Virus record (IMG/VR): IMGVR_UViG_2802429733_000002
Span: 26,091-90,090 of that record
Reading direction: 5' to 3' (one strand)
Source of the DNA: a virus
Taxonomy: Duplodnaviria; Caudoviricetes
DNA: 64,000 nucleotides
Every line of letters begins with the position of its first letter. The first letter of the stretch is position 1. Positions 18,685 through 29,184 of the stretch are shown here, piece by piece. The position numbers and the translations under genes were made by a program. The notes below the pieces were generated by a model. It made no database searches, had not been told where the DNA came from, and saw nothing but the letters and a program-made list of their open reading frames with translations.

Positions 18685-19614
18685 TTAGGCGACGGCGCGG
18701 GTCACGACGATCGTCGCCTGAGCGGTCGCGTCGAAGATCGCCGTGAAGGGCACGGTGATCATCACGTCGTCGTCGTTGCCGCCGGCCGGGATGTTCCCGT
18801 CGCCGAAGCGGACCTTCGGGAGATTGAAGGTGTACTTCTTGTTGGCGTCGGCCCCGATCGTGAACGAGAGCGCGCCCGATCCGTGGTCGAGAACGGCCTG
18901 GTAAATCGCCGGATCGGAGAAGTAGAGCTCCATCTGACCCGTTACCCGGCAGCGGCCAAGCCCGAACTCCTCGCTGTAGAGCGAGCCGACGACCGGGCGC
19001 TCACGCATGCCATTGTCGACGTTCAGGCTCAGCGACATCACCTTGGGGGAGGTGACGTTTGGAATTGTCAGGCTCGCGACGTGCGAGCTCGAGTTCATGA
19101 TCTGCTCGGTGCTGGCCGGCGTATAGGTGGCGCCCGTCACGATGGCCGTCGCGAGCGTCTCCTTCTGTGCCATCAGGCCGAAGGAACCCTCCACCTTCGC
19201 TGCCGGGCGCAGATCCAGCGAGAAGGTGTTGAGCATGGCCCCGGTGAAGCGCGAGAAGCTGTCGGTCGCGCCCATCTCGCGGGTCTCTTCGACCGTGAAG
19301 GAGGTCCGCAGGATCCCATTCTTGAGGATGTTGGTCGCCCAGCTGCCGCAAAGCACAGCCGCGAGCCAGTCGTCGAAGGAGCCGTAGCTCATCTCGACCG
19401 GATACTCGCCGGAGGCCCGCTGCGAGACCTGGATGAGATCGGCCACGTTCCGGTCGGCGCGCAGCTCGTCCGACTCGACCGTGGCCTTGTTCGTCCGCAG
19501 GCCCGAGGCGCGCGTGGTGCGCAGCGTCTTGAGCGTCGGCGTGGCCGGCGTGACGCCCCATGCGCTCTCGGCGACGTAGGCGATGCGCGTGAGCGCGTGA
19601 TCCGCGAAGGGCAT
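18685..19614 (-). CDS. Major tail tube protein
   Basis: 309 aa; RIAYVAES.WGVTP, ESDELRADRN, RCRVTGQMELYF patterns; position. Confidence 0.85.
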   Translation of the reverse strand: MPFADHALTRIAYVAESAWGVTPATPTLKTLRTTRASGLRTNKATVESDELRADRNVADLIQVSQRASGEYPVEMSYGSFDDWLAAVLCGSWATNILKNGILRTSFTVEETREMGATDSFSRFTGAMLNTFSLDLRPAAKVEGSFGLMAQKETLATAIVTGATYTPASTEQIMNSSSHVASLTIPNVTSPKVMSLSLNVDNGMRERPVVGSLYSEEFGLGRCRVTGQMELYFSDPAIYQAVLDHGSGALSFTIGADANKKYTFNLPKVRFGDGNIPAGGNDDDVMITVPFTAIFDATAQATIVVTRAVA

Positions 19615-19652
19615 CGGGAACTCCTCAGATTGTCGTGAAGGTGGGCGGCGCG

Positions 19653-20108
19653 TCAGCCGAAGAGCGTGTGCTCGAACCCTATGGCGAGGGGCACTCGGTA
19701 GTACCCGCTCTCCTCATTGCGATCGTCCATCTGAGGGGATGTCACCGCCCAGCACTGGACCCCATCGAAGGACTGGCCGCGGAAGAGAGAGGCGAGTTCA
19801 TCTGCCCAAGCGAGCGCCTGGTTCAACCCGGCGTTTCTCTCGGCGCCGATCACGAGGCGGATCACGCCCTCTTCGACCCACAGGTTGTTGCCCGGGTCTC
19901 CGATCGAACGCATTTCTTCGTTCGCCACGGGGAACTGCACCGTGATGAAGCGGCCGCCGGCAGGGTCGGCATCGCCCGTCTCGTTCGGACCAACCACCAA
20001 GACCGGATCGCCCGACGAAGGCTGCCAGTAGCGCTTGGGATCATCGGCTGGCCCCGTGAGAGGACCGAGCCTGTTCAAGACAGCGTTGACGACAGCGAGG
20101 CGGGCCAT
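19653..20108 (-). CDS. Tail terminator / completion protein
   Basis: Start reassigned to ATG 20108 (TGATG overlap); FITVQFP..SIG..EEGVIRL pattern. Confidence 0.75.
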   Translation of the reverse strand: MARLAVVNAVLNRLGPLTGPADDPKRYWQPSSGDPVLVVGPNETGDADPAGGRFITVQFPVANEEMRSIGDPGNNLWVEEGVIRLVIGAERNAGLNQALAWADELASLFRGQSFDGVQCWAVTSPQMDDRNEESGYYRVPLAIGFEHTLFG

Positions 20109-20806
20109 CAGCGCGGCCTCACGACGACGCTGGGCTGCCTGCGGAGCCAATCCTCAGCTAGGCCAGGGCGCCCACCACGGCGGGCCTTCTGCCTACGACC
20201 ACCGGGCGATCGCGCCCATTCGTCGATCCCGCCGATAAGGAGCGATCGCCAGCTGAAGCCGATCCGAGCGACGTTGCCAAAGCGCCGCTGAGCGAGCATC
20301 GCCACCGCCTCGTAGACGCCGTCCGGGGCCTGGCTGGAGAGCCCGTTCTCGATCTTTCGAGCGTATGGCACCGTCGACGCGAACACGGCTTCCTCGAACA
20401 GCGGAGGCAGTGGCGCGCCGTCTTCTTGGGGGCGGCCGTCGATGATCAGGACGTGTGAGGAGCGATAGAGCCCGGGGTGACCAGGGCGGCGATCCCCGGC
20501 TCTGCCCACGGGCGAGTGCTTGATCAGTTGCTCGCGCACGTACTCGATGGTCGGCGAGATCAGGTCCCATTCCGCCACGATCTGACCGTCTGGGCGGACG
20601 CTGTCGAGCGATCCACCGCGCCTCCCGTCGACGATCGTCGCATAGGGGGCGGGGCGTCCGAGGACCGCCGCGTTCACCTGATTGGCATGCCCGATCTGCT
20701 CGCGGGCGTACTCGGCGAACGCCTTGCTGCGCTCCGCAGCGCTGAAAATCTCCGGGAAGGCGACCTCGAGCGATACGCTCGCGCCCTGGATGCGGGTCCG
20801 GGCCAT
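20108..20806 (-). CDS. Neck / tail-completion protein (HK97 gp10-like)
   Basis: SPVG..YRSSH..VPYARKIE.G.S.QAPDGV motif. Confidence 0.75.
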   Translation of the reverse strand: MARTRIQGASVSLEVAFPEIFSAAERSKAFAEYAREQIGHANQVNAAVLGRPAPYATIVDGRRGGSLDSVRPDGQIVAEWDLISPTIEYVREQLIKHSPVGRAGDRRPGHPGLYRSSHVLIIDGRPQEDGAPLPPLFEEAVFASTVPYARKIENGLSSQAPDGVYEAVAMLAQRRFGNVARIGFSWRSLLIGGIDEWARSPGGRRQKARRGGRPGLAEDWLRRQPSVVVRPR

Positions 20807-21165
20807 CAGACGAGAGCCGCGCCCCCGAGCAGAAGCTCGTAGGCGATGAGTTCCCCGGCGACCCGACGCTTCGTGTCATCGACCTCGTTCACGGTGAGTG
20901 TCGTGTTCCCGATGATGACCTTGTCGGACCCGCGACGGAATGGCAGCGGGAATCCTGACGCATGAAGGGAATCGCGCATGACGATCGCCTTCCGGTCGCT
21001 GAGGTTCACGCCGCCCACCAGCTCGGCTTCGCCGTAGCTCACGAGCCGGATTCGCACGGTCCTTTCGATCGGCGCCGCATTGGGAACGACGCGGCGAAAG
21101 GTGACGTTCTCGCCATGCGCCGCGATCTGGCGCGCATACATGGCGCGGGCGGCCGCGGGGGTCAT
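20806..21165 (-). CDS. Head-closure / head-tail adaptor protein
   Basis: Start ATG 21165, coupled on both sides; HGENVTFRR..DRKAIV..DKVII. Confidence 0.7.
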   Translation of the reverse strand: MTPAAARAMYARQIAAHGENVTFRRVVPNAAPIERTVRIRLVSYGEAELVGGVNLSDRKAIVMRDSLHASGFPLPFRRGSDKVIIGNTTLTVNEVDDTKRRVAGELIAYELLLGGAALV

Positions 21166-21773
21166 GCGAAGACCCTGAGCCCTGAAAGCATCTGATCGAT
21201 AGTCTTCGCGATCACGAGGCCGGCAGATGGCGAGACGACATACCGGGTCGAGCCGACCCCATCGACATCCTCCTCGGCTATGAAGAGATTCTCGGCACCG
21301 ACCGATTTGGCGTTGTTCACGCCCAGCACGATTGCCTGTTTCACCCTCTCGGGGACAGCCCCCGTCGTGTCGCCGTCGTAGCCGGCCCGATAGCGAATTC
21401 TCAGGTGACCGGAATCCGCGATTGTAGGCCACGACGTAGCCGGCATTACTCGCCATGACCGAAGCCGGACATGATCTTCCGGCGCGGAAAGCGTGCGCTC
21501 AGTTCCGTCTGGATCATCGTACTTGACCGAGAGCAGTTCGATCAGCGGCTGGTAGATGAAGCCCGGTGGGCCATAGGCCACGTCACAGGCGGTCAAGTGC
21601 AGTTCCAGGGTTTGCGGCCCAAGCGCCCGACCGAGCCAGCCCGTAGGGCCATCGATCTGCTCCGTCGCCGCCTGGATCAACGCCGCGACCTTGGCATCGT
21701 TCGCGACATGATCGCCGGGCACCGCTTCCGGAGTAATGAGCGGCCCAGGAGGCGTGATGACGATGGTCCTCAT
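21162..21773 (-). CDS. Head-tail connector (gp6-like)
   Basis: Start ATG 21773; [30 protein letters not shown]. Confidence 0.8.
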   Translation of the reverse strand: MRTIVITPPGPLITPEAVPGDHVANDAKVAALIQAATEQIDGPTGWLGRALGPQTLELHLTACDVAYGPPGFIYQPLIELLSVKYDDPDGTERTLSAPEDHVRLRSWRVMPATSWPTIADSGHLRIRYRAGYDGDTTGAVPERVKQAIVLGVNNAKSVGAENLFIAEEDVDGVGSTRYVVSPSAGLVIAKTIDQMLSGLRVFA

Positions 21774-23023
21774 CGGCCAGCAACCTTCGCCAAGAGCGGG
21801 TACAGATCGACCGAAACCGTAGAGCCGTCGGCGTTCGTCAGCGTCAGGATCGCCTCGTCGCTCACGTCCAACCCGATGACAGGCAGGCCAGGTTCGCCCC
21901 GATCCCCTTTCTCGCCGGACTGACCTCTCTCCCCCGGAGCCCCGCGCTTTCCCTGCGAAGCAAGCAGTTGCCATCCATCGCCGGGGCAAGGACCGGGCTC
22001 ATCTTTACGAGCAATGAAAGAACCACCGTTGAGCGCGACAACGTCGAGCGCCGAGTAGGAGGCGTCTGCTGCCCAGGTCCCGCGAATGGCGATGGATCGG
22101 CCAGCCTCGCCATCACGCCCGGACGCCGCGAGGCAAGACCAATCGGCATTTGGCGGCATCCGAGCCGTGTCGCGAAGCGCTTGGTAGGTCGCTCCGGACA
22201 ACGTCACGACGTCGGCCTCGTAATAGACGCGGTCTTCCCATTCGCGGGCGACAGGAAGTTTTCCCGGCGGGCCTTCCTCACCACGAATGCCGGGTTCACC
22301 CTGCGGACCCCGGTCGCCGTCGCGCCCGTCCTTGCCATCAAGCCCAGGCGCACCATCGAGGCCCCTCTCTCCGTCGGTCCCACGATCGCCTTGCGGCCCT
22401 GGGTCACCCTTCTCACCAGCCGGACCATCTCGGCCAGGCGGGCCACGTTCGCCCTGCTCGCCTCGCTCGCCGGGGGCGCCGTCGACACCATCCCGACCGT
22501 CCAGGCCGCGTTCACCTGGCGGGCCCTGACGGCCTTCTGCTCCATCAGCACCGTCCCGACCCACCTTGCCTGGAGGACCGCGCTCCCCTGGCGCCCCATC
22601 TGCGCCGTTCCGGCCGTCTACGCCGTCACGGCCTGGAGGCCCGCGTTCGCCCGTCGCCCCATCGCGTCCCGGAATGCCGGGCTCCCCTGTGTCGCCGCGA
22701 GCGCCAGGCGGGCCCTTTTCCCCAGCGGCGCCGTCCAGCCCATCTCGACCATCGGCTCCGTCGGTCCCTGGCTCGCCCTTCTCCCCGCGGTCACCGTCTC
22801 TCAGCGACGCAAGCCGCTCGTCGACACGACGTAGGATCTTGTCGCTCAACTCGACGTTCGACGCCCGCGACTCGGCGACCGTCGCGCGAAGGTCTGCAAT
22901 CGTCGCGCGTGCTTCAGCCTCGATGCCCTCGCGCTCACGCTGCCATTGTCGGCGCTCGGCCGCGATGACATGCGCAAGCGCCTCCCGTAAGGCCGAACTA
23001 GGCGACGAGGCGGCCGAGTTCAT
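21770..23023 (-). CDS. Collagen-like protein (~60 uninterrupted Gly-X-Y triplets)
   Basis: [15 protein letters not shown] counted by eye; N-terminal coiled coil, C-terminal beta-rich repeats. Confidence 0.88.
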   Translation of the reverse strand: MNSAASSPSSALREALAHVIAAERRQWQREREGIEAEARATIADLRATVAESRASNVELSDKILRRVDERLASLRDGDRGEKGEPGTDGADGRDGLDGAAGEKGPPGARGDTGEPGIPGRDGATGERGPPGRDGVDGRNGADGAPGERGPPGKVGRDGADGAEGRQGPPGERGLDGRDGVDGAPGERGEQGERGPPGRDGPAGEKGDPGPQGDRGTDGERGLDGAPGLDGKDGRDGDRGPQGEPGIRGEEGPPGKLPVAREWEDRVYYEADVVTLSGATYQALRDTARMPPNADWSCLAASGRDGEAGRSIAIRGTWAADASYSALDVVALNGGSFIARKDEPGPCPGDGWQLLASQGKRGAPGERGQSGEKGDRGEPGLPVIGLDVSDEAILTLTNADGSTVSVDLYPLLAKVAGR

Positions 23024-24401
23024 CCGCGTCCCGCAAGAGGTCGGCTCCGTTCCAGCCGAGGGCCTGATCTCCATCTTGTCCCTCGGTCTTGTCGTTCGCC
23101 GGAGATGGCAGTTCGGGCCCGCCAGGGGCTTGGGGAGCCGAAGGATCTGGAGGCCGCATTGCTGTGCCGTAGCTCAACGGCACGACCTGCTGCTGCACAC
23201 GAGGCATCGCACCGTGTCCGCCCGGCACTGCGGGAAGGTCTTCCTCGGCGCGACCCTCATCTGGGCTGTAGATGCCGCTGATCACGCCGCGAGCGAGCGC
23301 CTCGATCCGATCCTTGTAGGCGCTACGCAACAGCGCACGGGTATCGAACTCAAGGTACTCGTCGGGCAGTCCGCGGAGCCCGAACAGGAGCCCGAAGGCT
23401 TCCTCGATGTGGTTCAGCGCAAAGCCTAGACCTGACGCGATCCACGACTGCATCAGCAGCTCGGTGGAGGCGAAGGTCGGGCCGCCGAGACCGAGCACCT
23501 GCAACGGCAGACGGAATGCCATCGCGACGCTCTGATCGGTAATCTTGAGGAGGTCTGCGAGTTGGCCGTCTTGTGCGGCAGTCGTGACTGGCTTTGCCTT
23601 AAGACCCCACGAGATGATGGGCGTCTTCCCTACGTTTTCGCCTTGCGTCTGCTCATCCCACCATTCCCGAAGGTCGCGCGACTGCTCGACCGTCAGCTTT
23701 TCGTCCGTCTCAAGGATGAACGAAGGTCGGGCCTGGTTCAGATAAAAGGCGACCTGTTGATTGAGCGCCGCATCCGACATCGCCCGCTCGAGCACGGTCG
23801 CGAGGATCGGGCTTTCACCCTTCAACGGGTGCCTCGGCGTATGAAGGCGGATGTGAAGGACGTCGCGGGCGGGGATAGGAAGTGAAAAGTCGTAGCGCCT
23901 CTCGAGGATTTCGTTTCCCGACAGGCCATAGAAGATCGATCCATCCTGCGCGACCAGCGGCTGGCCGCGGCGCATCAGGTGAAGTTCGCTCGGCTCTCCA
24001 CGGTTGTTCCGGATCACCACGCCGAAGGCCTCGCCCTCGTTGTAAAGGCGGCGCGTCGCGTTCAGCAGCAGGTCCGACATAGACTGATAGTCATTCGGAC
24101 GCTTCAGTATCCGGGTCAGCGCCGACCCGGTGACGCGCTCGCGGCCGCCGTTGTCCAGCTTCCGCCAGTGATCACCGGGGCACATGGCGACGGTTTGCGA
24201 ATATGCGGAGACGCAGGCCTCCACCATTGCACTACCTTGGCCGTAGGGATGCAGACGGGAGCCGCTCTGCCACCAGTTCCAATGCTTGCCAGCGCCCGCA
24301 GACAGGATCCCATCGACCAGCATGTACGGGCCAGGGCGCGAACGTCCCTCGCCCGCACGTGCGGCAGTCGGCCGGAATATGCGGGTCAGCCAGTTGGCCA
24401 T
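22998..24401 (-). CDS. Portal protein, HK97 family
   Basis: [37 protein letters not shown] motifs. Confidence 0.92.
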   Translation of the reverse strand: MANWLTRIFRPTAARAGEGRSRPGPYMLVDGILSAGAGKHWNWWQSGSRLHPYGQGSAMVEACVSAYSQTVAMCPGDHWRKLDNGGRERVTGSALTRILKRPNDYQSMSDLLLNATRRLYNEGEAFGVVIRNNRGEPSELHLMRRGQPLVAQDGSIFYGLSGNEILERRYDFSLPIPARDVLHIRLHTPRHPLKGESPILATVLERAMSDAALNQQVAFYLNQARPSFILETDEKLTVEQSRDLREWWDEQTQGENVGKTPIISWGLKAKPVTTAAQDGQLADLLKITDQSVAMAFRLPLQVLGLGGPTFASTELLMQSWIASGLGFALNHIEEAFGLLFGLRGLPDEYLEFDTRALLRSAYKDRIEALARGVISGIYSPDEGRAEEDLPAVPGGHGAMPRVQQQVVPLSYGTAMRPPDPSAPQAPGGPELPSPANDKTEGQDGDQALGWNGADLLRDADELGRLVA

Positions 24402-24407
24402 CGGGGG

Positions 24408-24692
24408 TCAGCGAGTCTCGTAGTCGACCGGCTTCGCCGACGTCTTCATATCCCGACGCGTCTGGCCGCCAGCGACCGAACGCTCCCGCATCTCGTCGAG
24501 GTCAGCCTGGGACGGATAGGGTTCGGGGGCGGTTGCGGGAGTTGCCTCGACCTTCGTCGCGGGTTCGGTAGCGTTCCCAGCAGCTTCGTCGATCCGCTTC
24601 TGCAGTTCAGCGGCGTCCCAGCCATTGAAGGCGTTCTTGCCCGTGGCTTCCTTGTAGGCCGCTCGCAGTGTTTCGACGTCAGACATTGGCAT
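24408..24692 (-). CDS. Small head-associated hypothetical protein
   Basis: 94 aa between capsid and portal; LRAAYKEATGKNAFNGWDAAELQKRI helical motif. Confidence 0.65.
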   Translation of the reverse strand: MPMSDVETLRAAYKEATGKNAFNGWDAAELQKRIDEAAGNATEPATKVEATPATAPEPYPSQADLDEMRERSVAGGQTRRDMKTSAKPVDYETR

Positions 24693-24749
24693 CCTCCTTG
24701 GTTAGAGCGGGGCAGCAGCGCCCCGCTCTCAATTCCACGACCGGTCAGG

Positions 24750-26687
24750 TTAGGCCGGCGCCCAATCCACGGCAGCGATGTGCTGGACCATGCCCTGACG
24801 GCGCATCGCCCAGGTCACGTCCATGATCATCCGCAGCGCGAGCTGCGCAGTCTGGAACATGCTCTGGGCCGGCGCGGCCGCCACATTCGGAGTGCCGGCA
24901 ACGCCGATGTGGACCGGAGCGGTGTCCTCCATATGGAGAACCGTCTGCTCGCTGACGTCGAACTCGGGCGCATCCCCGGCCGCCGTCGCGAAATCCGCGG
25001 CGTCGATCAGGTAGACGTGACCGGCCGGGATCGTCGTCGAGCGGATGATCGTGAACTCCTCGAGGAATTGTGCCGCCCATCCGAAGCCGGAGGCATTCGG
25101 GCCGGGGGTCATCTTCAGGAGACGGGCCTCCTTCGGATTGAGCAGCAGGACGAGGCTGCGTCCCGCGTTCGCGGAATCGAACGGCGCGGCCAGCGTGGCG
25201 ATGTCTTCGAGGATCGCCTGATAGCCGCCAGCGGTCGAAGCCGTGAGCGCAGTGACGCCGTTGGTGAGGCCGGCCGGACGCGTCGCCGAGCCCGCCACGG
25301 CGTCGAGCAGGAGCGTATCGATGGTGATCGCGGTGTCGGCCTGGATCTCCTGGCGAAGCAGACCTTCGATCTGCGGGTTGGAGTATCGCGCGATCTCCCG
25401 GCTGAACACGGAGATGACGCCGAGCTTGTTCGGCGTCAGCGTGACGGAGGTCAGGCCCATCCGGCGAACGGGGATCGGCGCACCTTCCGCGACGAACGAG
25501 CCGCTGACGGACGGCGTCGGAGCCCGGGAAGGCAGCTTGATCGCGGCGCGGCCGGGACCGAACGACAGCTTGGTGCCGAGCCCGGCAAGCTGGGGGTAGA
25601 TCGAGATCGGCCGCAAAGACTCCATGAAGGCGCCCATTGCGGTCTCGACGAGCTCGGCTGCCCAGCCCGCAGTCGTGGTCTTGGCACCCTCGACAGCCGC
25701 GCGAACGACGACCTCGGTTGCCTCGTGGCCGCCGTAGCGGTCCTCCATGATGCGGATCGCGTCCTTGCCAGTGGCGAACGCCAGCGCGTTGCAGACCGCG
25801 GCGCGGACGATCAGGTCTTCCGGCTTCGGCTCGCGCAGGTTAACGCCGAGCGGCTTCCGCACGGACGGCAGCTTGGGCTTGTCGCCGCGCTGATCTCCGC
25901 CGCCATCAGAAGTGCGGCTGGCCAGGGCCTGCTCGGCCCGCTTGAGCGAGGCAAGCCGGGTCTCGCGCGTCTCGATCTCGGCCGAGAGCGCCTCCGTCTG
26001 ATCGGTGTCGCCGCTGTCGTTGTCGAGATGGGCGGTGAGGGCGTCACGCGCCGCGTTCAGCTCGCTCTGCGCATTCTCGATGCGCGCGGAAAGGGTCGGG
26101 GACATGGATGGTGCTTCCTTGAGAGGGGGCAGGCCCACGCGGGATCGCTGCTCGTTCGGAGACTGGGCTTGCTCGCCCGTGGGCACGTCCCGTCGCTTCG
26201 TTCCGGCTTGCTCGCCATCGAATGCCAGGGACAGTGTTTCGTCGGAGAGGTTCATGGATCGGGCGACGGCGAGCGCATTCGCGTTGCCGGGCACCGAGAC
26301 CACGCTGATCTCCAGCAGTTCTTGCTGCATGTACTCGTAGGGGTCGCCCTTCTCGCCGAGCTTGACGACGGAGAAGCCAACCGATGACGCCCGCAGGATT
26401 CCTTGCTCCAGCAGGCTCAGAAGCTCGTCGATCCGAGCGCTCGTTCCGCGAGCGGCGGGGACCAGCGTCGCGAGCACCTTCTCGCCCTCGACCCGGATGT
26501 TCTCCCAGCGCCCCATGACGAAGTCCGAGGCGTGGCCGAACAGCGCGATCGGGTTCTTCCGGAAGGAAGTCAGCAGCCAGCCGTTCGGGTTGATGCGGGT
26601 GCCGTAGCGATCCCGGCTGCCATCGGAGACGACAAAGTCGTACCCCCCGCCGGGCGTAACCGCCTCGCGATGATGAACCTTCGTCAT
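24750..26687 (-). CDS. Prohead protease - major capsid protein fusion (HK97 fold)
   Basis: N-terminal DRYG..NPIALFGH..GILRASSVGF..ELLEISVVSVPGN (HK97 protease); C-terminal capsid with FVAEG..P, LTPNKLG. Confidence 0.92.
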   Translation of the reverse strand: MTKVHHREAVTPGGGYDFVVSDGSRDRYGTRINPNGWLLTSFRKNPIALFGHASDFVMGRWENIRVEGEKVLATLVPAARGTSARIDELLSLLEQGILRASSVGFSVVKLGEKGDPYEYMQQELLEISVVSVPGNANALAVARSMNLSDETLSLAFDGEQAGTKRRDVPTGEQAQSPNEQRSRVGLPPLKEAPSMSPTLSARIENAQSELNAARDALTAHLDNDSGDTDQTEALSAEIETRETRLASLKRAEQALASRTSDGGGDQRGDKPKLPSVRKPLGVNLREPKPEDLIVRAAVCNALAFATGKDAIRIMEDRYGGHEATEVVVRAAVEGAKTTTAGWAAELVETAMGAFMESLRPISIYPQLAGLGTKLSFGPGRAAIKLPSRAPTPSVSGSFVAEGAPIPVRRMGLTSVTLTPNKLGVISVFSREIARYSNPQIEGLLRQEIQADTAITIDTLLLDAVAGSATRPAGLTNGVTALTASTAGGYQAILEDIATLAAPFDSANAGRSLVLLLNPKEARLLKMTPGPNASGFGWAAQFLEEFTIIRSTTIPAGHVYLIDAADFATAAGDAPEFDVSEQTVLHMEDTAPVHIGVAGTPNVAAAPAQSMFQTAQLALRMIMDVTWAMRRQGMVQHIAAVDWAPA

Positions 26688-26702
26688 CGGATCGATACTC
26701 CG

Positions 26703-28382
26703 TCAGGCCACCATGGCGCGGACGTTGAGAACAGCGCCCGCCACGGGGTCTCGCGCCATGATGTCGACCGCGTTGAAGGCGGCGATCAGCGGATCGATCT
26801 TGGCCGAGCCGGAAACCGCCTTGGTGATCAGGATGGCGTTGCCGCGGGGTTCGACCTTCGCGTTCCCCACGCACCACGTCATGAGCGCCGATCCGTCGTG
26901 AATGAGGTTCCCGGCCGCCAGTTGGCGCTCGGTACTCTTGATCTTGTCCGACATGGTCCAGCCCTGCCGGACCGGCTCGACGCGCTCGGCGACATCGAAG
27001 CCGCGGCGCCTGATCTCGTCGAGGATCTGCACGATTCCGACAGGGTCGACACCGATCGCCCGGCCTTGCGCCAGAAGCCCGGACTGATGCACCTGCTCGA
27101 TCACGTCCACAACGCCGGTGACGTCCTCGTCGGAATCGTCCGGAAGCACCGTGAGCGTCTCCTCCTTGCGGAAGTCGATGAGCCGCGGCGCGATCTCCTT
27201 CCGTCGCGTCAGGACGCAATCGTGAGCCCAGGCCCGGCACCAGAGAAGCCAGCGCCGCGTCCCGCGCTCCCGGCCAAGCACGGCCAGGCCAAGCAGGTCG
27301 TCCAGCCCGCCACCGTCGATGCCGACTGCGACGACCTCGGATCGCTCGAGGAGCGCGTCGAGCGTAATCGTCCGATCTGCGGCCTTCAGCCAGTGATCGG
27401 CGCCAGCCCAGCGGTCGGTGCGCAGACCGATGCCGACCTCGACGTTGAAGTGCTGCGAGGCCAGCAGCGCGAGAGCCCCGATCCCCTCGCGCTCCGCCGC
27501 CGTGAGCTGGTCGACGAGGTAATCCTCTGAGACCGAGATGCCCAGGTTCGGGTTGACGAGCTTCCAGTTCTCCCGGCGCTTCCAGTTGTCGTGCGCGACG
27601 AGGTCCGCGGGCAGCTCGTACAGGATCGGCAGGAGGGCCATCTCGAGCTTGCCGTCCCGGACGTCGCGCGCCTTGGCGAGTTCGGCCTTGAACACTCCCG
27701 CGGGCGGCTCCTTGGACTGCGTGGTGATCTGCAGCAGGAAGCCATCCGGCCGGGCCGCGAGACCACCGCGGACCTCAATGAAGACCTGGTCCGCCTTCGC
27801 CATCGCCGCGAAGACGTGCGTCTCGTCGATCAGGACGAAGGTCGCCTTCGAGCCCGTGATCGCATCCGTGTCCGCCGCCTTGATCTGGATCTGCGCCAGC
27901 GTCCGACGATGGGTGATCGTCTTGATGTGCTCCTGGATGTGGAAGAGCTTCGTGAGAGCCTGGTCGAGCCGGATGATGCCCTTCGCCTGCTTGAAGGCGA
28001 TGTTGGCGATCATCTTCGTCGGGGCGATGAGCAGCAGCTCTGCCTCCGGCCGCCGGTTCATCAGGGCCGCCGTGACGATGACCGCCGCGGCGATCGAGCT
28101 CTTCCCGTTCTTCTTCGGGATGAGAAGGAAGAACTCCCTGATCATCCGCTGCTTGAGGGCGACGTCGTAGGAGCCGAAGATCACCCTGACGAGATCGAAG
28201 ACCCACGGCTCGCACACCTCGCCGTGCGTAGGGTTGCCCTCGATATCCGGCACCCGAAGACGCTTGAAGATGCGGAGAGCCTTCTCCGCCTCGTCCTCGA
28301 AGATGGGCAGCGGCGGGACCAGCGACGTCCCGTTCCGAATGGCCGACTCCCAATCGGGGTTGGCCGTCCGCCAGAGGCTCAC
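26703..28382 (-). CDS. terL: Terminase large subunit
   Basis: Walker A IPKKNGKSS, Walker B FVLIDETH, nuclease GIDGG..DDL and KIDPL. Confidence 0.95.
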   Translation of the reverse strand: MSLWRTANPDWESAIRNGTSLVPPLPIFEDEAEKALRIFKRLRVPDIEGNPTHGEVCEPWVFDLVRVIFGSYDVALKQRMIREFFLLIPKKNGKSSIAAAVIVTAALMNRRPEAELLLIAPTKMIANIAFKQAKGIIRLDQALTKLFHIQEHIKTITHRRTLAQIQIKAADTDAITGSKATFVLIDETHVFAAMAKADQVFIEVRGGLAARPDGFLLQITTQSKEPPAGVFKAELAKARDVRDGKLEMALLPILYELPADLVAHDNWKRRENWKLVNPNLGISVSEDYLVDQLTAAEREGIGALALLASQHFNVEVGIGLRTDRWAGADHWLKAADRTITLDALLERSEVVAVGIDGGGLDDLLGLAVLGRERGTRRWLLWCRAWAHDCVLTRRKEIAPRLIDFRKEETLTVLPDDSDEDVTGVVDVIEQVHQSGLLAQGRAIGVDPVGIVQILDEIRRRGFDVAERVEPVRQGWTMSDKIKSTERQLAAGNLIHDGSALMTWCVGNAKVEPRGNAILITKAVSGSAKIDPLIAAFNAVDIMARDPVAGAVLNVRAMVA

Positions 28383-28834
28383 TGCATCGTCGCTCCGGGC
28401 ACCTCGAGGTCAGTCCCCCAGTCGGTGCCCTCGGCCGCTGTGACGGCCTCCTGCTGCGCGATCTCCTTCTTGCCGAGCTTCGGTGGCTTCGGCGCGGCCG
28501 GCTGTTCGGCCTTCGCGCCCCCAAGGAAGTCCTCCTCAGCCTCGGCCGCCTCCATGTCAGCCTTCAGCATCTTGACGGCCCAGCTCTTGCCGGCCCGCGC
28601 CTCACGCCAGACGATCTCGTTCAACTCGGCCCGGCGACGATGCCGCCCGACGCGCAGGGCTCGGCCGTAATGCTTGAGCAGCGTCGTCCGCGAGAGGGTC
28701 AGCCGCTCGGCGATCGCCTCATCGGAGATCCCGCAGGCCTTCATCTCCTCGACCCGCTGCACCTTGTCCGGGTCCATCTTGGACGGGCGACCGCCCTTCG
28801 ACCCGGAGCGCCGGGCCCGTGTTCTCATCGGCAT
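28379..28834 (-). CDS. terS: Terminase small subunit
   Basis: GGRP + HTH (GISDEAIAERLTLSRTTLLKHY); ATGA overlap with terL. Confidence 0.85.
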   Translation of the reverse strand: MPMRTRARRSGSKGGRPSKMDPDKVQRVEEMKACGISDEAIAERLTLSRTTLLKHYGRALRVGRHRRRAELNEIVWREARAGKSWAVKMLKADMEAAEAEEDFLGGAKAEQPAAPKPPKLGKKEIAQQEAVTAAEGTDWGTDLEVPGATMQ

Positions 28835-28837
28835 GAT

Positions 28838-29179
28838 CTACGATCTCTGGCGGGCGAGCCGGGCTCGAGCCCCCTTCAGCGTGTTGTGCTGGACGCAAAG
28901 ACATTGCCCATTGGCTGGATCGAACGGGTTGCCGCCGTCCTTCACCTCGACGATGTGGTCGGCCACCATCCGGTCTCGCGGCGCGGCCTTGTCGCAGCCC
29001 TCCGGCCACTGGCACTTGCCGCGCGCTCGCCGGATCACCGCAGCGGACCAGCGCCGATGCTCCGGCGTCCGGTAGATCGCGTCCGCGACCTTCGGTGAGG
29101 CCGCGAGCCGAGGCGTCGACGGCGTCAGGCGCGGCGCCGAGGCGGTCAGCCGCGACCCGCTGGGCCTCAGACGAGCCAT
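28838..29179 (-). CDS. Packaging-associated HNH endonuclease (gp74-like)
   Basis: CQWPEGC..ADHIVEVKDGG..NGQCLCVQHN directly upstream of terS. Confidence 0.9.
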   Translation of the reverse strand: MARLRPSGSRLTASAPRLTPSTPRLAASPKVADAIYRTPEHRRWSAAVIRRARGKCQWPEGCDKAAPRDRMVADHIVEVKDGGNPFDPANGQCLCVQHNTLKGARARLARQRS

Positions 29180-29184
29180 GGGAA

